From positions 9,430 to 73,429 of the forward strand of contig CAMRTM010000001.1 of NCBI GenBank assembly GCA_947053645.1: a stretch of DNA of 64,000 bases, written 5' to 3'. The number at the start of each line of letters is the position of its first letter. Position 1 is the first letter of the stretch. The translations under genes and the position numbers were made by a program. The notes under the pieces are model-generated. The model was not told where the DNA came from. It was given only the letters and a program-made list of their open reading frames with translations, and made no database searches. Source of the stretch: an uncultured Bacillota bacterium. GTDB lineage: Bacteria > Bacillota > Clostridia > Christensenellales > UBA1242. This document shows positions 28,312-37,199 of the stretch, piece by piece.

Positions 28312-28498
28312 AGATTTCTCCGCTCCGCTGCCGCTACGGTCGAAATGACATAATGGTAAATGCACTACGGTCGAAATGACATAATGGTAAATGCACTACG
28401 GTCGAAATGACATAATGGTAAATGCACTACGGTTGAAATGACAATAAGGTGTGCGTTTCAGTCGAAATGACAAAGGATTGAAAAGTGTACAAATGACA
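28312..28498 (+). repeat. Repeat locus A: box AGATTTCTCCGCT followed by six copies of the core GGTCGAAATGACA (three perfect, 31-bp period)
   Basis: Box at 28312-28324. Cores at 28338, 28369 and 28400 are perfect. Cores at 28431 (GGTTGAAATGACA), 28460 (AGTCGAAATGACA) and 28487 (GTACAAATGACA) are variants. Unit: CTACGGTCGAAATGACATAATGGTAAATGCA. Confidence 0.95.
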
Positions 28499-28519
28499 AT
28501 AGTCGTCAAGTGTAGGTTT

Positions 28520-28861
28520 TTACTTAACCTGTGATACAAGGGCTGAGAATGCCTCTGGCTCTCTAACAGCCATGTCTGCAAGTACCTTTCTATTTAAAGT
28601 GATATTGTGGCTTTTAAGTCCTGCAATGAATTTAGAATAAGAAATTCCGTTTAAGCGGCATGCAGCATTGATTCTTGTAATCCATAATGCTCTGAAATCT
28701 CTCTTCTTTTGCTTACGGCCGATATAAGCATATTGTCCAGATTTCATTACCTGCTCTCTTGCTGTTCTATATAATTTTGATTTTGCTCCGCGGTAGCCTT
28801 TTGCACTCTTAAGAATGGAACGGCGTTTCTTTACTGCGTTTACTCCTCTTTTAATTCTCAT
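28520..28861 (-). CDS. rplT: 50S ribosomal protein L20
   Basis: 113 aa. [14 protein letters not shown]... Confidence 0.97.
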   Translation of the reverse strand: MRIKRGVNAVKKRRSILKSAKGYRGAKSKLYRTAREQVMKSGQYAYIGRKQKKRDFRALWITRINAACRLNGISYSKFIAGLKSHNITLNRKVLADMAVREPEAFSALVSQVK

Positions 28862-28873
28862 GTTCTTTCCTCC

Positions 28874-29068
28874 TTATTTGCACAAAAGGGACTTGATATT
28901 GTCAGCATTCTTTCCTGCAATGTATGAACCCTTTCTTAATTTTCTTTTTCTTGATTTTGCTTTGAATGTTTGGAAGTGACCTTTATTTGGTCTTGCAAAT
29001 TTTACTTTCCCGTTTGCAGTTACGCGGAAACGCTTTTTTGCACCACTGTGTGTTTTTTGTTTTGGCAT
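28874..29068 (-). CDS. rpmI: 50S ribosomal protein L35
   Basis: 64 aa. MPKQKTHSGAKKRF... Confidence 0.97.
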   Translation of the reverse strand: MPKQKTHSGAKKRFRVTANGKVKFARPNKGHFQTFKAKSRKRKLRKGSYIAGKNADNIKSLLCK

Positions 29069-29081
29069 TGTATTTCTCCTT

Positions 29082-29594
29082 TTAGTTTTTCTTTGGGGTT
29101 ATTACAACAAATGCATTTCGACCCGCTATTTCAGGCTCTTTTTCAATAAATCCGCATTCGCTTACTCTTGACACGAAATCTTTGATAATTTCTATCGCTC
29201 TTGAAGCGTAGGCTTGTTGACGACCCTTCATTTTTAGTGTCACTTTTACCTTATTACCACCCTGCAAGAATTTGCAAGCATTTTTAACACGGTATGCGAT
29301 ATCGTATTCTTCAATAGTCATGGAAAGTTGTACTTCCTTTGTTTCCACTACCTTTTGAGATTTGCGAATTTCCTTATCCTTCTTGATGGCATCATATTTG
29401 AATTTGCCATAATTTAGGATTTTGCATACTGGTGGCTTTGAGGCACCTGACATCATAACAAGGTCTAAGTCCTTGCTTTGTGCGAGCGAGAGTGCTTCGC
29501 TTGTTGGCATTATACCAAGTTGCTCTCCATTTTCGCCAATGAGTCGAACTTCGTTGGATTTGATTTGTTCATTGATTAAAAGTTCCTTAAAAAT
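29082..29594 (-). CDS. infC: Translation initiation factor IF-3, probable AUU start
   Basis: The frame is open upstream of the ATG at 29510 in the ORF track and encodes the conserved IF-3 N-terminus: (I)FKELLINEQIKSNEVRLIGENGEQLGIM. An ATT at 29594-29592 follows AAAGGGG by about 9 nt. No ATG, GTG or TTG lies in that stretch. Confidence 0.85.
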   Translation of the reverse strand: MFKELLINEQIKSNEVRLIGENGEQLGIMPTSEALSLAQSKDLDLVMMSGASKPPVCKILNYGKFKYDAIKKDKEIRKSQKVVETKEVQLSMTIEEYDIAYRVKNACKFLQGGNKVKVTLKMKGRQQAYASRAIEIIKDFVSRVSECGFIEKEPEIAGRNAFVVITPKKN

Positions 29595-29753
29595 TGTTGT
29601 ATTCCCCTTTTACAAAAAATTTGGTGGAAGCAAAATATTTCCACCAAACAAAATTTATTCTTTACTTGCACCTAAGCAAGGTAAGATTTCAATTAAGTTA
29701 TTACCAAGTCAAATCAATTTTCAACTGGTGAGAAGTGGAAACTTCTACTTTCA
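29595..29753 (-). ncRNA. infC-rpmI-rplT leader with attenuator terminator (candidate L20 leader)
   Basis: On the minus strand, stem ttggtggaa (29639-29647 pairs with 29621-29629) is followed by attttttg, just upstream of the infC start. Additional hairpins at about 29665-29681 and 29731-29746. Confidence 0.55.
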
Positions 29754-29760
29754 TGCTTAG

Positions 29761-29789
29761 ATTTTAGCATATACTTACATACTTGTCAA
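29761..29789 (-). promoter_or_regulatory. infC operon promoter TTGACA-17-TGcTAAAAT
   Basis: The minus strand reads cagTTGACAagtatgtaagtatatgcTAAAATc. Confidence 0.7.
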
Positions 29790-29798
29790 CTGTTTTTG

Positions 29799-31511
29799 CT
29801 ATCTTTCTAAAAATTTATTTGTTGTTTTTACCTCTTCCATAAACATATTCATTTTACTGAGAGGGTCTTGAGAATATCTTCTGCGCAAATCAATATCAGT
29901 TGCTGAAGTTTCTCCATAGACATTTATAAGTGCATTGTACCAATCGTCTTCTGTCTGATTTTTTATAGCGTCATTGAAGGTTTCAATTTGGGATGCAAGT
30001 AAATCAAGGATACCTTTTATATCTCTATCATCAAACTGCGAACATATTCTATATAGATAGTTGTAGTCATAAGGATTTATATTTTTATCCCCTTCTTGAA
30101 TTTGATTGATATATTTTTCTACCGCTGTATATACTTGTGCAACAATCTCTTCATCATGAGTTAAATCGTAATTAAGCATATGTTGCAAGTAGGCAAATTT
30201 TTTGTCAGAGAAGAATTGTATTACTAGGTTACGATATTCTTCTTCTCCTACAAAGTTTGTTTCTGACCATTTGATATTTTTAAAGGTATTTTCAGTCACA
30301 TTATTACTTGCAAGACGAGAAAGTATATCATCCTTTTTGAATATTGTATTTTCTAGTGTATCACCGTTATTAACATTCGCCCAAGCAGTATTTTGCTTGT
30401 TTCTTAAGCATGATTCTATCATTGTTATGCCTTCACTATAACCAAGTTTAATAAATTCATTAAATACAATAGTTATTTCTTGAAGGTTGGCATTTGCACA
30501 AAAGATGGGAAGTGCTTCTTTGCTTACACTATACAATAAATTCATTGCGAGTTGATAATCCTGCGATTTTTGCATTATCATATCAGTATCATCCTGTGTA
30601 TACAGTATATACAACGCCTCATCGCGTTTACTGCGATTAGCATATTCATTCATTAAATTGTAAAGAGCCGTTATTTTATCAATATTAAATTCCATTGATT
30701 TTATGTAATTTGTTTTTGCATTCAATATAGCATTTTCTGATGTATTGTCAACTTGAAGAAAATCATCTAATTGTGTGAGTAGCAATTTTACTTTATTTTG
30801 TTCTCCCCTTTCTTTAAATATTTGAACTATGTTTTCCATCATTGTTTTTAAGAATATGTAGGAGTATTTTCTTGCTTCTTGTTCATATGGGTAAGTATAA
30901 TAAATCGAAAGAACCATTTCCTCTTTATTTTCTGTTTTTCGAAAAAGTTTTAATGTTTTATCTCGTAATTTTAATTTGAATGCATCGTTAGTATTCTGGT
31001 TAGTATTTTGGAAAGCATTTGCCAATCGTATTGAAGATATGCCAGATTTGCTGATACCTTCTTTTTTAATGCGTTGCAAATAATGTGTGTATTCATGCCC
31101 TAATGATAGTATTGAAAAGAAAAGACAAACTAAACTATTTTTTAATTTATCATTGCCTATTAAGCAATAAGTTTTGATTTTATTTAAATTAAAAAATATT
31201 TTAAATTTTTCTTTATTGCCGACAGAATATTTATTCAATGTAGCATATGAATTAATAGTGTTGTCAATAATTACAGGTAAATATTCTGTTTTGAAACTGA
31301 GATATGGATTATTATTTATAAGGCTATCAAGAAATGCCTGTGTTTCTTTATCTGAAATTTCAGTGTCTGATAAAACAAGGTTTATATAGTTTACAAAGAC
31401 TTCCTCTTGCTTCATATTATTTAGATTTACGAGAGGATTTGGTCTTTTTACTTTTAATCCTAATTTTTGTTGTATTTCTTTTTCTTGTTCTTTTAATTGA
31501 CTATAATTCAT
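29799..31511 (-). CDS. Hypothetical 570-aa protein with an HExxH motif (putative zinc metallopeptidase-like domain)
   Basis: LGHEYTHYLQR, and about 60 aa downstream YPYEQEARKYS (a possible third-ligand or ImmA/IrrE-like E-x-EA pattern). The rest is helical and N/K-rich. No family recognised. Confidence 0.55.
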   Translation of the reverse strand: MNYSQLKEQEKEIQQKLGLKVKRPNPLVNLNNMKQEEVFVNYINLVLSDTEISDKETQAFLDSLINNNPYLSFKTEYLPVIIDNTINSYATLNKYSVGNKEKFKIFFNLNKIKTYCLIGNDKLKNSLVCLFFSILSLGHEYTHYLQRIKKEGISKSGISSIRLANAFQNTNQNTNDAFKLKLRDKTLKLFRKTENKEEMVLSIYYTYPYEQEARKYSYIFLKTMMENIVQIFKERGEQNKVKLLLTQLDDFLQVDNTSENAILNAKTNYIKSMEFNIDKITALYNLMNEYANRSKRDEALYILYTQDDTDMIMQKSQDYQLAMNLLYSVSKEALPIFCANANLQEITIVFNEFIKLGYSEGITMIESCLRNKQNTAWANVNNGDTLENTIFKKDDILSRLASNNVTENTFKNIKWSETNFVGEEEYRNLVIQFFSDKKFAYLQHMLNYDLTHDEEIVAQVYTAVEKYINQIQEGDKNINPYDYNYLYRICSQFDDRDIKGILDLLASQIETFNDAIKNQTEDDWYNALINVYGETSATDIDLRRRYSQDPLSKMNMFMEEVKTTNKFLER

Positions 31512-31559
31512 ATCTGCCCTTTACTTAAAAGTATAGCATGGGAAAGTCTATAAGTCAAT

Positions 31560-32129
31560 TTACTTTTTATCTCTAAATAAAGTCTTTTCGAGAAGTTTAC
31601 CTAGTCTTAGTATTATTTCATTGGATTTTGTAAGAGCGTGCGTTTTCATTAGCGCTTTGAAAAAAATTGTAGTGCCAGCAATGACTGCACTTACCGATAC
31701 TGAGATTAATATTATAAGTGAAGGCGAGGTTATTTTTTGGCAAAGTGCTACTACGACGCAGGCACCGCCCGCTCCACAAAGTGTGGAACAGATATCGCCT
31801 ACAACATCGGCACAAAATGAGCAGACCTTTTCACAATTTTTGCATAGTCTAAGTCCTACCCTTGCTCCTTTAATATTTTCTTTATTCCATTTTAAAAACT
31901 GTTCTTCATCTGCGCTTGCCACTGCTATGCCAAACATATCAAAGACAACGCTTATTGCTATGAAAAGTATAATGCATAATATTGCCATGACCGCACCAAT
32001 ACTGGACAGCACAGTTTGACTTAAAAAGCCAAAGATTAGAGAAAGGCTCATTGACAAAAACAGAACCTTTACTGCCCATCTTCGATTATGTGATGTGGAT
32101 TGCGAAACTACTTTTCCGTATTTTTTCAT
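31560..32129 (-). CDS. Membrane protein (189 aa), DUF21/CNNM-like four-TM domain only
   Basis: Four hydrophobic helices. The pattern of the helix 2-3 linker (ASADEEQFLKWNKENIKGARVGLRL) loosely resembles CorB/CNNM transmembrane domains. Cys-rich TM3. Confidence 0.35.
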   Translation of the reverse strand: MKKYGKVVSQSTSHNRRWAVKVLFLSMSLSLIFGFLSQTVLSSIGAVMAILCIILFIAISVVFDMFGIAVASADEEQFLKWNKENIKGARVGLRLCKNCEKVCSFCADVVGDICSTLCGAGGACVVVALCQKITSPSLIILISVSVSAVIAGTTIFFKALMKTHALTKSNEIILRLGKLLEKTLFRDKK

Positions 32130-32223
32130 GTTATTATTATATTTTAAAGGCTGTTTTTCTATGAGTAAAAATCTTTTCTCCTTAAGTTTATTGTACCTTA
32201 AATTTATATAATGTCAAGAGTAA

Positions 32224-32326
32224 GGATTTCTCTGCTACGCCCTATCGGGCAATGGTCGAAATGACAGTGCCTTAGGCACTTTTTTATGCTTTGCTAGATT
32301 CTTGTTCCACTCAGAATGACATAGGG
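32224..32326 (+). repeat. Repeat locus B: box variant GGATTTCTCTGCT, one core, a terminator-like tail, and a degenerate second unit
   Basis: Core GGTCGAAATGACA at 32254-32266. Tail AGTGCC-TTA-GGCACT plus T5 at 32266-32285. Degenerate unit AGATTCTTGTTCCACTCAGAATGACATAGGG at 32297-32326. Confidence 0.9.
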
Positions 32327-32533
32327 TTACTCTTCTGGGATTTCAGTCAACTTATCTAGTTCTTCCTTTATGATTGTAAGTTTTCCTTTCGCTTTATTCA
32401 AATGCTCATAGCATATCTTTGCAAGACGCTGGCCTTCTTCAAAAAGTACTACCGCTTCGCTCATTGGCAGATTGCCATTTTCCAGTTTATTTATTATCTC
32501 TTCTAATTGTTTACTTGCTTCTTCGTAACTCAT
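32327..32533 (-). CDS. xseB: Exodeoxyribonuclease VII small subunit
   Basis: 68 aa. Helical hairpin. Overlaps the xseA stop. Confidence 0.9.
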   Translation of the reverse strand: MSYEEASKQLEEIINKLENGNLPMSEAVVLFEEGQRLAKICYEHLNKAKGKLTIIKEELDKLTEIPEE

Positions 32534-33642
32534 TTTTCCTCCTTTATTGGCTGAGCAGATATCTTTCCGTCTGTAAATATTATTTCTAATTTTTCATTAT
32601 AATCTAGCATTGATTTACTTGATAGCGATTTTCCTTTTTGTTCTACTTTTGCATAACCCTTCTTTAAAAGTGCGGTTGGGTTTAGTTTTGTAAGTGCATT
32701 CTCATTAAGTCCCATTTCGTAACTCTTCTGATTCAAGTAGCCATTCATTGTATTTACAAGATTATTTTTTAGGTAATAGATATTATCCTTTGTTAGAATG
32801 TAATTTCTTCCTGCATTATTAAATCTTGAAATTAATCGTATAAAATCTGCTTTTTGACCTGAAAGTTGTGGGGTAAGTAATTCCGCAGCAGCAGATGGTG
32901 TTGGCGCACGAAGGTCGCTTACAAAGTCTATAATGGTGAAGTCTGTTTCATGTCCTACTGCTGATACTATTGGCTTTTGGCAATTATAGGTCGCCCTTGC
33001 CACTATTTCTGTGTTATAGGCTGATAAATCCTCTAAACTGCCACCACCTCTTGCAACAACAATTACATCGACATCTGCAAATCTATCCATAACTTCGATT
33101 GCGTGGGCAATTTCTATTTCTGCCTCCCTCCCTTGAACCTTACTTGGATACAAGACGATATCTACACTTGGATTTCTTCTCCATGAAACATTTTTGATAT
33201 CTTGGATTACTGCTCCGTCCTTGGAGGTGATTACACCTATTCTTTTTATATTTTCAGGTATGGCTAATTTATGAGTATTATTAAATAGTCCTTCCCCTTC
33301 TAATTTCTCTTTTAAACGCAAGAACTCTTCAAATAGTTTCCCCGCACCTATTTCTTCTACCCTATTAACATTAAAGGATAATTTTCCGCCTTTGATATAA
33401 AAATTAGGTGACCCTGTTACTACTATCTGTTTCCCTTCCTTTATTTGGTCGGAAAAGGCAGGATAAAAGCAGACGCATGGCAGCGTTGCATTTTCGTCTT
33501 TAAGTGAAAAGTATGTAATTTGTCTTGCATTTGATACTCCAAAAACTTCCCCGACAATTGATATATTGTGGAGAAGTTCTTCAGCGTCAAATATTTTCTT
33601 GATATACCCATTGAACTGGGTTACTGTGATGGTTTCTAGCAT
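32530..33642 (-). CDS. xseA: Exodeoxyribonuclease VII large subunit
   Basis: 370 aa. N-terminal OB fold, RIGVITS..GA and VARGGGS motifs. Confidence 0.93.
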   Translation of the reverse strand: MLETITVTQFNGYIKKIFDAEELLHNISIVGEVFGVSNARQITYFSLKDENATLPCVCFYPAFSDQIKEGKQIVVTGSPNFYIKGGKLSFNVNRVEEIGAGKLFEEFLRLKEKLEGEGLFNNTHKLAIPENIKRIGVITSKDGAVIQDIKNVSWRRNPSVDIVLYPSKVQGREAEIEIAHAIEVMDRFADVDVIVVARGGGSLEDLSAYNTEIVARATYNCQKPIVSAVGHETDFTIIDFVSDLRAPTPSAAAELLTPQLSGQKADFIRLISRFNNAGRNYILTKDNIYYLKNNLVNTMNGYLNQKSYEMGLNENALTKLNPTALLKKGYAKVEQKGKSLSSKSMLDYNEKLEIIFTDGKISAQPIKEEK

Positions 33643-34016
33643 TACTCACCTTTAACTATTGTAGCAAGCACACCATTTATAAATTTTGCACTCTTTTCGG
33701 TTGAATACTTTTTCGCAAGTTCTAGTGCCTCATTGATGGCTACCTGCGGTGGCGTCTGCAAATATTTTATTTCAGTAAGTGCCTCATACATCACTGCTAA
33801 ATCTGCCTTATACACCCTTTCATACTCGTAGCCTATTAGGTGCTTTGCGATAGTTTCTTTTAAAGTGTCTTTATTCTCTTCATAGTTTTCCATTATCTCT
33901 TTAGCAAAAGTCACATCCCCTTCCTTTAAAGACGATGTGAAATTTTCTATTTCTTGCTTTGTAAAAAAACTTGCGAATATATACTGGAAGGCACTCTCTC
34001 TACAATCTCTTCTCAT
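33642..34016 (-). CDS. nusB: Transcription antitermination factor NusB
   Basis: 124 aa. NusB-like helical protein in conserved asp23-nusB-xseA synteny. Confidence 0.88.
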   Translation of the reverse strand: MRRDCRESAFQYIFASFFTKQEIENFTSSLKEGDVTFAKEIMENYEENKDTLKETIAKHLIGYEYERVYKADLAVMYEALTEIKYLQTPPQVAINEALELAKKYSTEKSAKFINGVLATIVKGE

Positions 34017-34390
34017 TGTCCATCCTCTCCGTCATCTTTATCGCACACAACATCAATTACATGAACATTGATTTTCCCTGGCTTGATGCCTACCATAGAG
34101 TTTAAACTATTCTTAACATTTTCTTGAACTCTATACGCTATATCAGGTACACTATAGCCGTTTCGTACCTTCATATATATATCTACTTTAAGTGTATTAT
34201 TATTTTCAAACTTGATAGTAACTCCCTCTGTCTTATTTTTAAAGGGTCTTTTTATAAGTGGTAGATAACTATTTGTTAAACTATCTACTCCACTTATCTC
34301 TTTCGCTGCTAAGTTTATAATAGACAAAAGGATATCTCTATCGATATCTACTTTGCCTTTATTTGTAACTCCTGTTTGCTTATTTTTCAT
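34013..34390 (-). CDS. Asp23/Gls24 family envelope stress protein (YqhY-like)
   Basis: 125 aa. The pattern [12 protein letters not shown]...V.V.V...G..V is typical of Asp23. Position between spoIIIAH and nusB as in Bacillus. Confidence 0.85.
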   Translation of the reverse strand: MKNKQTGVTNKGKVDIDRDILLSIINLAAKEISGVDSLTNSYLPLIKRPFKNKTEGVTIKFENNNTLKVDIYMKVRNGYSVPDIAYRVQENVKNSLNSMVGIKPGKINVHVIDVVCDKDDGEDGQ

Positions 34391-34441
34391 TTCGCTACCT
34401 CTTCTATCGGTAGTATATCATATTTATTTGCTCTTTGGCAA

Positions 34442-34912
34442 TTATTCTACTGGTATTACTTTAATATTTTTAATACTTGTTCCAAGTTGTCCTTGTATTA
34501 CTGCAACTATTTTCGCGACCTCTTGTTCATTAAGTTTCGCCGCCTTAACCACTGCATTTACATTCTTTTCTGATATTGTTACTACGCAGTCTTCAAATCC
34601 TTTCGCTTTGATTAGTCCCTCTACTACAAGTTCCTTATCCATTTGTCTTACTAGATTGAGCCTTGCATCCTCTGCTTTTGCTATTGCTTCCTTTGTTGAT
34701 GTTGGGCTTGCGATTATTGCATCGTAGTATAACATCTCTTGGTCGCGTGTGGACTCTCTATCACTTCTATATGCTGAAAAGTAACTTGATGTCGTTGTTG
34801 TGGATGGTGGATTTGCGTTCACGCTATTATTTAACGCGATGTTTAAATAACCTGTTACTCCTAGAAGCAATACCATTACTGATAAGATTATTATCTTTGT
34901 TCTTTTTTTCAT
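34442..34912 (-). CDS. spoIIIAH: Stage III sporulation protein AH
   Basis: 156 aa. N-terminal TM. Last gene of the eight-gene spoIIIA operon by order and size. Confidence 0.8.
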   Translation of the reverse strand: MKKRTKIIILSVMVLLLGVTGYLNIALNNSVNANPPSTTTTSSYFSAYRSDRESTRDQEMLYYDAIIASPTSTKEAIAKAEDARLNLVRQMDKELVVEGLIKAKGFEDCVVTISEKNVNAVVKAAKLNEQEVAKIVAVIQGQLGTSIKNIKVIPVE

Positions 34913-34924
34913 TTTACTCTCCTT

Positions 34925-35458
34925 TTAATTCCCTGTTAGGATTGTTATATTTTGATTTGGCACATTTACTACCGTTTGCAATGCTGTGAGCAAGTTCATC
35001 TTGACACTTACATTCTCAGCCCCGCTTGACGTTACCACTATGCCTTTTATCGTTGGGTATATCTCCTTTTCAAGTACCGGTTTTCCATCCACCATTATTA
35101 GTTGGCTGGTTGTAACCTTTCCACCATCTGCACTTGTTTTTGTTTCCTCTTTTGATGCGTAAACATATTCAAATCCGCTATCAAGTGTAATTACCACATT
35201 AACTTGTCCCGCCCCTCTTACGCTTGCTAGTACACTTTCCAATTTATTCTCGAGGTAGTCCACATATTCCACACTTGATGAAAAGTTTTGTTGATTTTCT
35301 GTCGAATCTTGACTCTCTGTTTTCTTTCCGCCTCCTAGCGTGGATAGATATATCGCTATGATTATTATTGCAAAGCCTACAGTTAGATATATCTCTATAT
35401 GTTTTATCTTTTTTAGCCTTTCCCAAACCTTCCCCATCTTCTCTCCTATACTACTCAT
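34925..35458 (-). CDS. spoIIIAG: Stage III sporulation protein AG
   Basis: 177 aa. N-terminal TM plus a C-terminal beta-rich domain. Operon position. Confidence 0.8.
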   Translation of the reverse strand: MSSIGEKMGKVWERLKKIKHIEIYLTVGFAIIIIAIYLSTLGGGKKTESQDSTENQQNFSSSVEYVDYLENKLESVLASVRGAGQVNVVITLDSGFEYVYASKEETKTSADGGKVTTSQLIMVDGKPVLEKEIYPTIKGIVVTSSGAENVSVKMNLLTALQTVVNVPNQNITILTGN

Positions 35459-35951
35459 TGAATAAGACTTGTCCCTCCTTTATTTGAATTCTGTTTTGAA
35501 TTATGTTTACAATATCATATCTGATACCTACTATATCTTTATGAGCCGCATTTCCTTTTATGACTATTTTACTTATATCGACATATATCGACTTGATTTC
35601 TATTTGACTTGCAAAGATATCTGCATTTATTGATACCACTACTTCGCCATATCCTTTCTCTTCGATATCTCTTTCTAGTTCCTCTTTAGTCTTCATGATT
35701 TTATCAAGGTTTATCTGGTACAAGTAATCCTCTTGAAGAACTATCTCTTGACTATTGAATACATTTGATAAATCGAGTTTTATATTCAATAGTTTTGGAA
35801 TCGGCATGATTATCACTAGTACAATTATGAAAGAAAATATTCCTTTTATATATCTATTTATCTGTCCATTTGGCATGATGAGTTCTACTATTGCACTTAG
35901 TAGTATCACGCCTGCTATTGACATTATCCAACTTGAAATTGTGCCTATCAT
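35451..35951 (-). CDS. spoIIIAF: Stage III sporulation protein AF
   Basis: 166 aa. Two N-terminal TM helices. Operon position. Confidence 0.8.
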   Translation of the reverse strand: MIGTISSWIMSIAGVILLSAIVELIMPNGQINRYIKGIFSFIIVLVIIMPIPKLLNIKLDLSNVFNSQEIVLQEDYLYQINLDKIMKTKEELERDIEEKGYGEVVVSINADIFASQIEIKSIYVDISKIVIKGNAAHKDIVGIRYDIVNIIQNRIQIKEGQVLFNE

Positions 35952-35960
35952 TCACACCTC

Positions 35961-37199
35961 CTACACTATATTTGCCGAGCACATGATTAGTCCCAGCAGG
36001 ATGAAATATATGAAGACTACCCCTATTAATAAACTGATAAGCAGTGTCATACTTTTCGCAAGTGAAGAGGCAAAATTTGCTATTTGACTATTGCCAAGTG
36101 GTTCTACTATGCCGGCAATTAGTTTAAGCGAGAGCATAAATAAAATTAGTTCTAGTAATGGTGACACCACAGTGGCTATAAGTAACAATAGTCCACCTGC
36201 GCCTACTGCATTTTTTATGAGATTTGAACTTGCTAGAATTAATCCAAATCCGTCTGAAATGTATGAACCTAGTATTGGTACATACGATTTTATTGCGTAT
36301 TTTGCTGTCCTTATGCTTATGCCATCGACTGAACCTGCAGTAATACCTTGAATTGATAAAAAAGCAGAAAATATCGTGAAAATTAACCCTGTTAGCCATT
36401 TATAAGTGCTATTCCAAAAGGATGTAAACTTATTTAATTTTAAGTTTGTTGATAGATTTGATACCACACTAAATACTGTAGAGAAGATAAATATAGGAAG
36501 CAAAATATAGGTAAATATATTAAGTATTGCCCCACTTAAAAGTGCCATGGCTGGTTGATATACACTTACCGATACCGTTCCACCTATTGCAGTCATTAGC
36601 GTTAAGAGTATTGGAAAAATAGCATCCATTTGCCCTTTGATATTTAATATAGTTCCACTTGCAAGTTTGACCATATGTGTAGTCATTGTAAGCAGTATAA
36701 CTATAGTCATTCCATAAGTAACAAAATGTATAAGATTCGATATCGACTTACCATTGGTATTTGGTCTTAGCCCCTGTAGCATTCCACCAAAAATTGCTAT
36801 TGCTATTACGAGGGATATTATAGGTAAAAATTTCAGTAGATTATCAAAGACAAGGGAAAGAAGTGCTTCCCAAATACTTTTACTGTTATCCGCAAATTTA
36901 CCTGTGATAATTGATGTGATTTTATCTAGAAAACTACTGCTTCCAAAGATTTCTCCCTCTTTTCCTGTAAGAGAAGAAATAAGATCCTCTAAACTAGAAA
37001 AATCAAGTTTGCCTAGTTGGTCAAAGATTGTATCTTCAAATTCCTGTTCAATCTCACTCTTTCCATCATCTGTGACTGCTTGTGCAACGGGGCTTGTCAG
37101 CGGAATAACAAGAAAGATTAATAATATAACTATAAGTATTCGTTTGAGATTACCTTTCTTTTTATTATTGTTTGGGCATTTATATCCTAGTTTTCTCAT
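35961..37199 (-). CDS. spoIIIAE: Stage III sporulation protein AE
   Basis: 412 aa polytopic membrane protein with a signal peptide. Operon position. Confidence 0.88.
   Translation of the reverse strand: MRKLGYKCPNNNKKKGNLKRILIVILLIFLVIPLTSPVAQAVTDDGKSEIEQEFEDTIFDQLGKLDFSSLEDLISSLTGKEGEIFGSSSFLDKITSIITGKFADNSKSIWEALLSLVFDNLLKFLPIISLVIAIAIFGGMLQGLRPNTNGKSISNLIHFVTYGMTIVILLTMTTHMVKLASGTILNIKGQMDAIFPILLTLMTAIGGTVSVSVYQPAMALLSGAILNIFTYILLPIFIFSTVFSVVSNLSTNLKLNKFTSFWNSTYKWLTGLIFTIFSAFLSIQGITAGSVDGISIRTAKYAIKSYVPILGSYISDGFGLILASSNLIKNAVGAGGLLLLIATVVSPLLELILFMLSLKLIAGIVEPLGNSQIANFASSLAKSMTLLISLLIGVVFIYFILLGLIMCSANIV

Noticed and set aside
28334-28443. Possible CRISPR array (regularly spaced repeats of about 31 bp)
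   Set aside because: The entire 31-bp unit repeats identically, so there are no unique spacers between repeats. No cas genes are nearby. The same core occurs at three other loci in a non-CRISPR arrangement.
28396-28581. 61-aa ORF in the ORF track; likewise 43137..43391 (+), 84 aa
   Set aside because: Both are built from the intergenic repeat units or overlap rplT and infB. They have no RBS and a repeat-driven composition, so they are spurious translations of the repeat family.
34353-34727. Long antisense ORFs in the ORF track (for example 34353..34727, 36754..37215, 54484..55029, 1492..1989, 8981..9433, 31621..32019)
   Set aside because: They lie opposite well-supported genes, lack an RBS, and have S/L/F-rich shadow-frame composition typical of AT-rich genomes.
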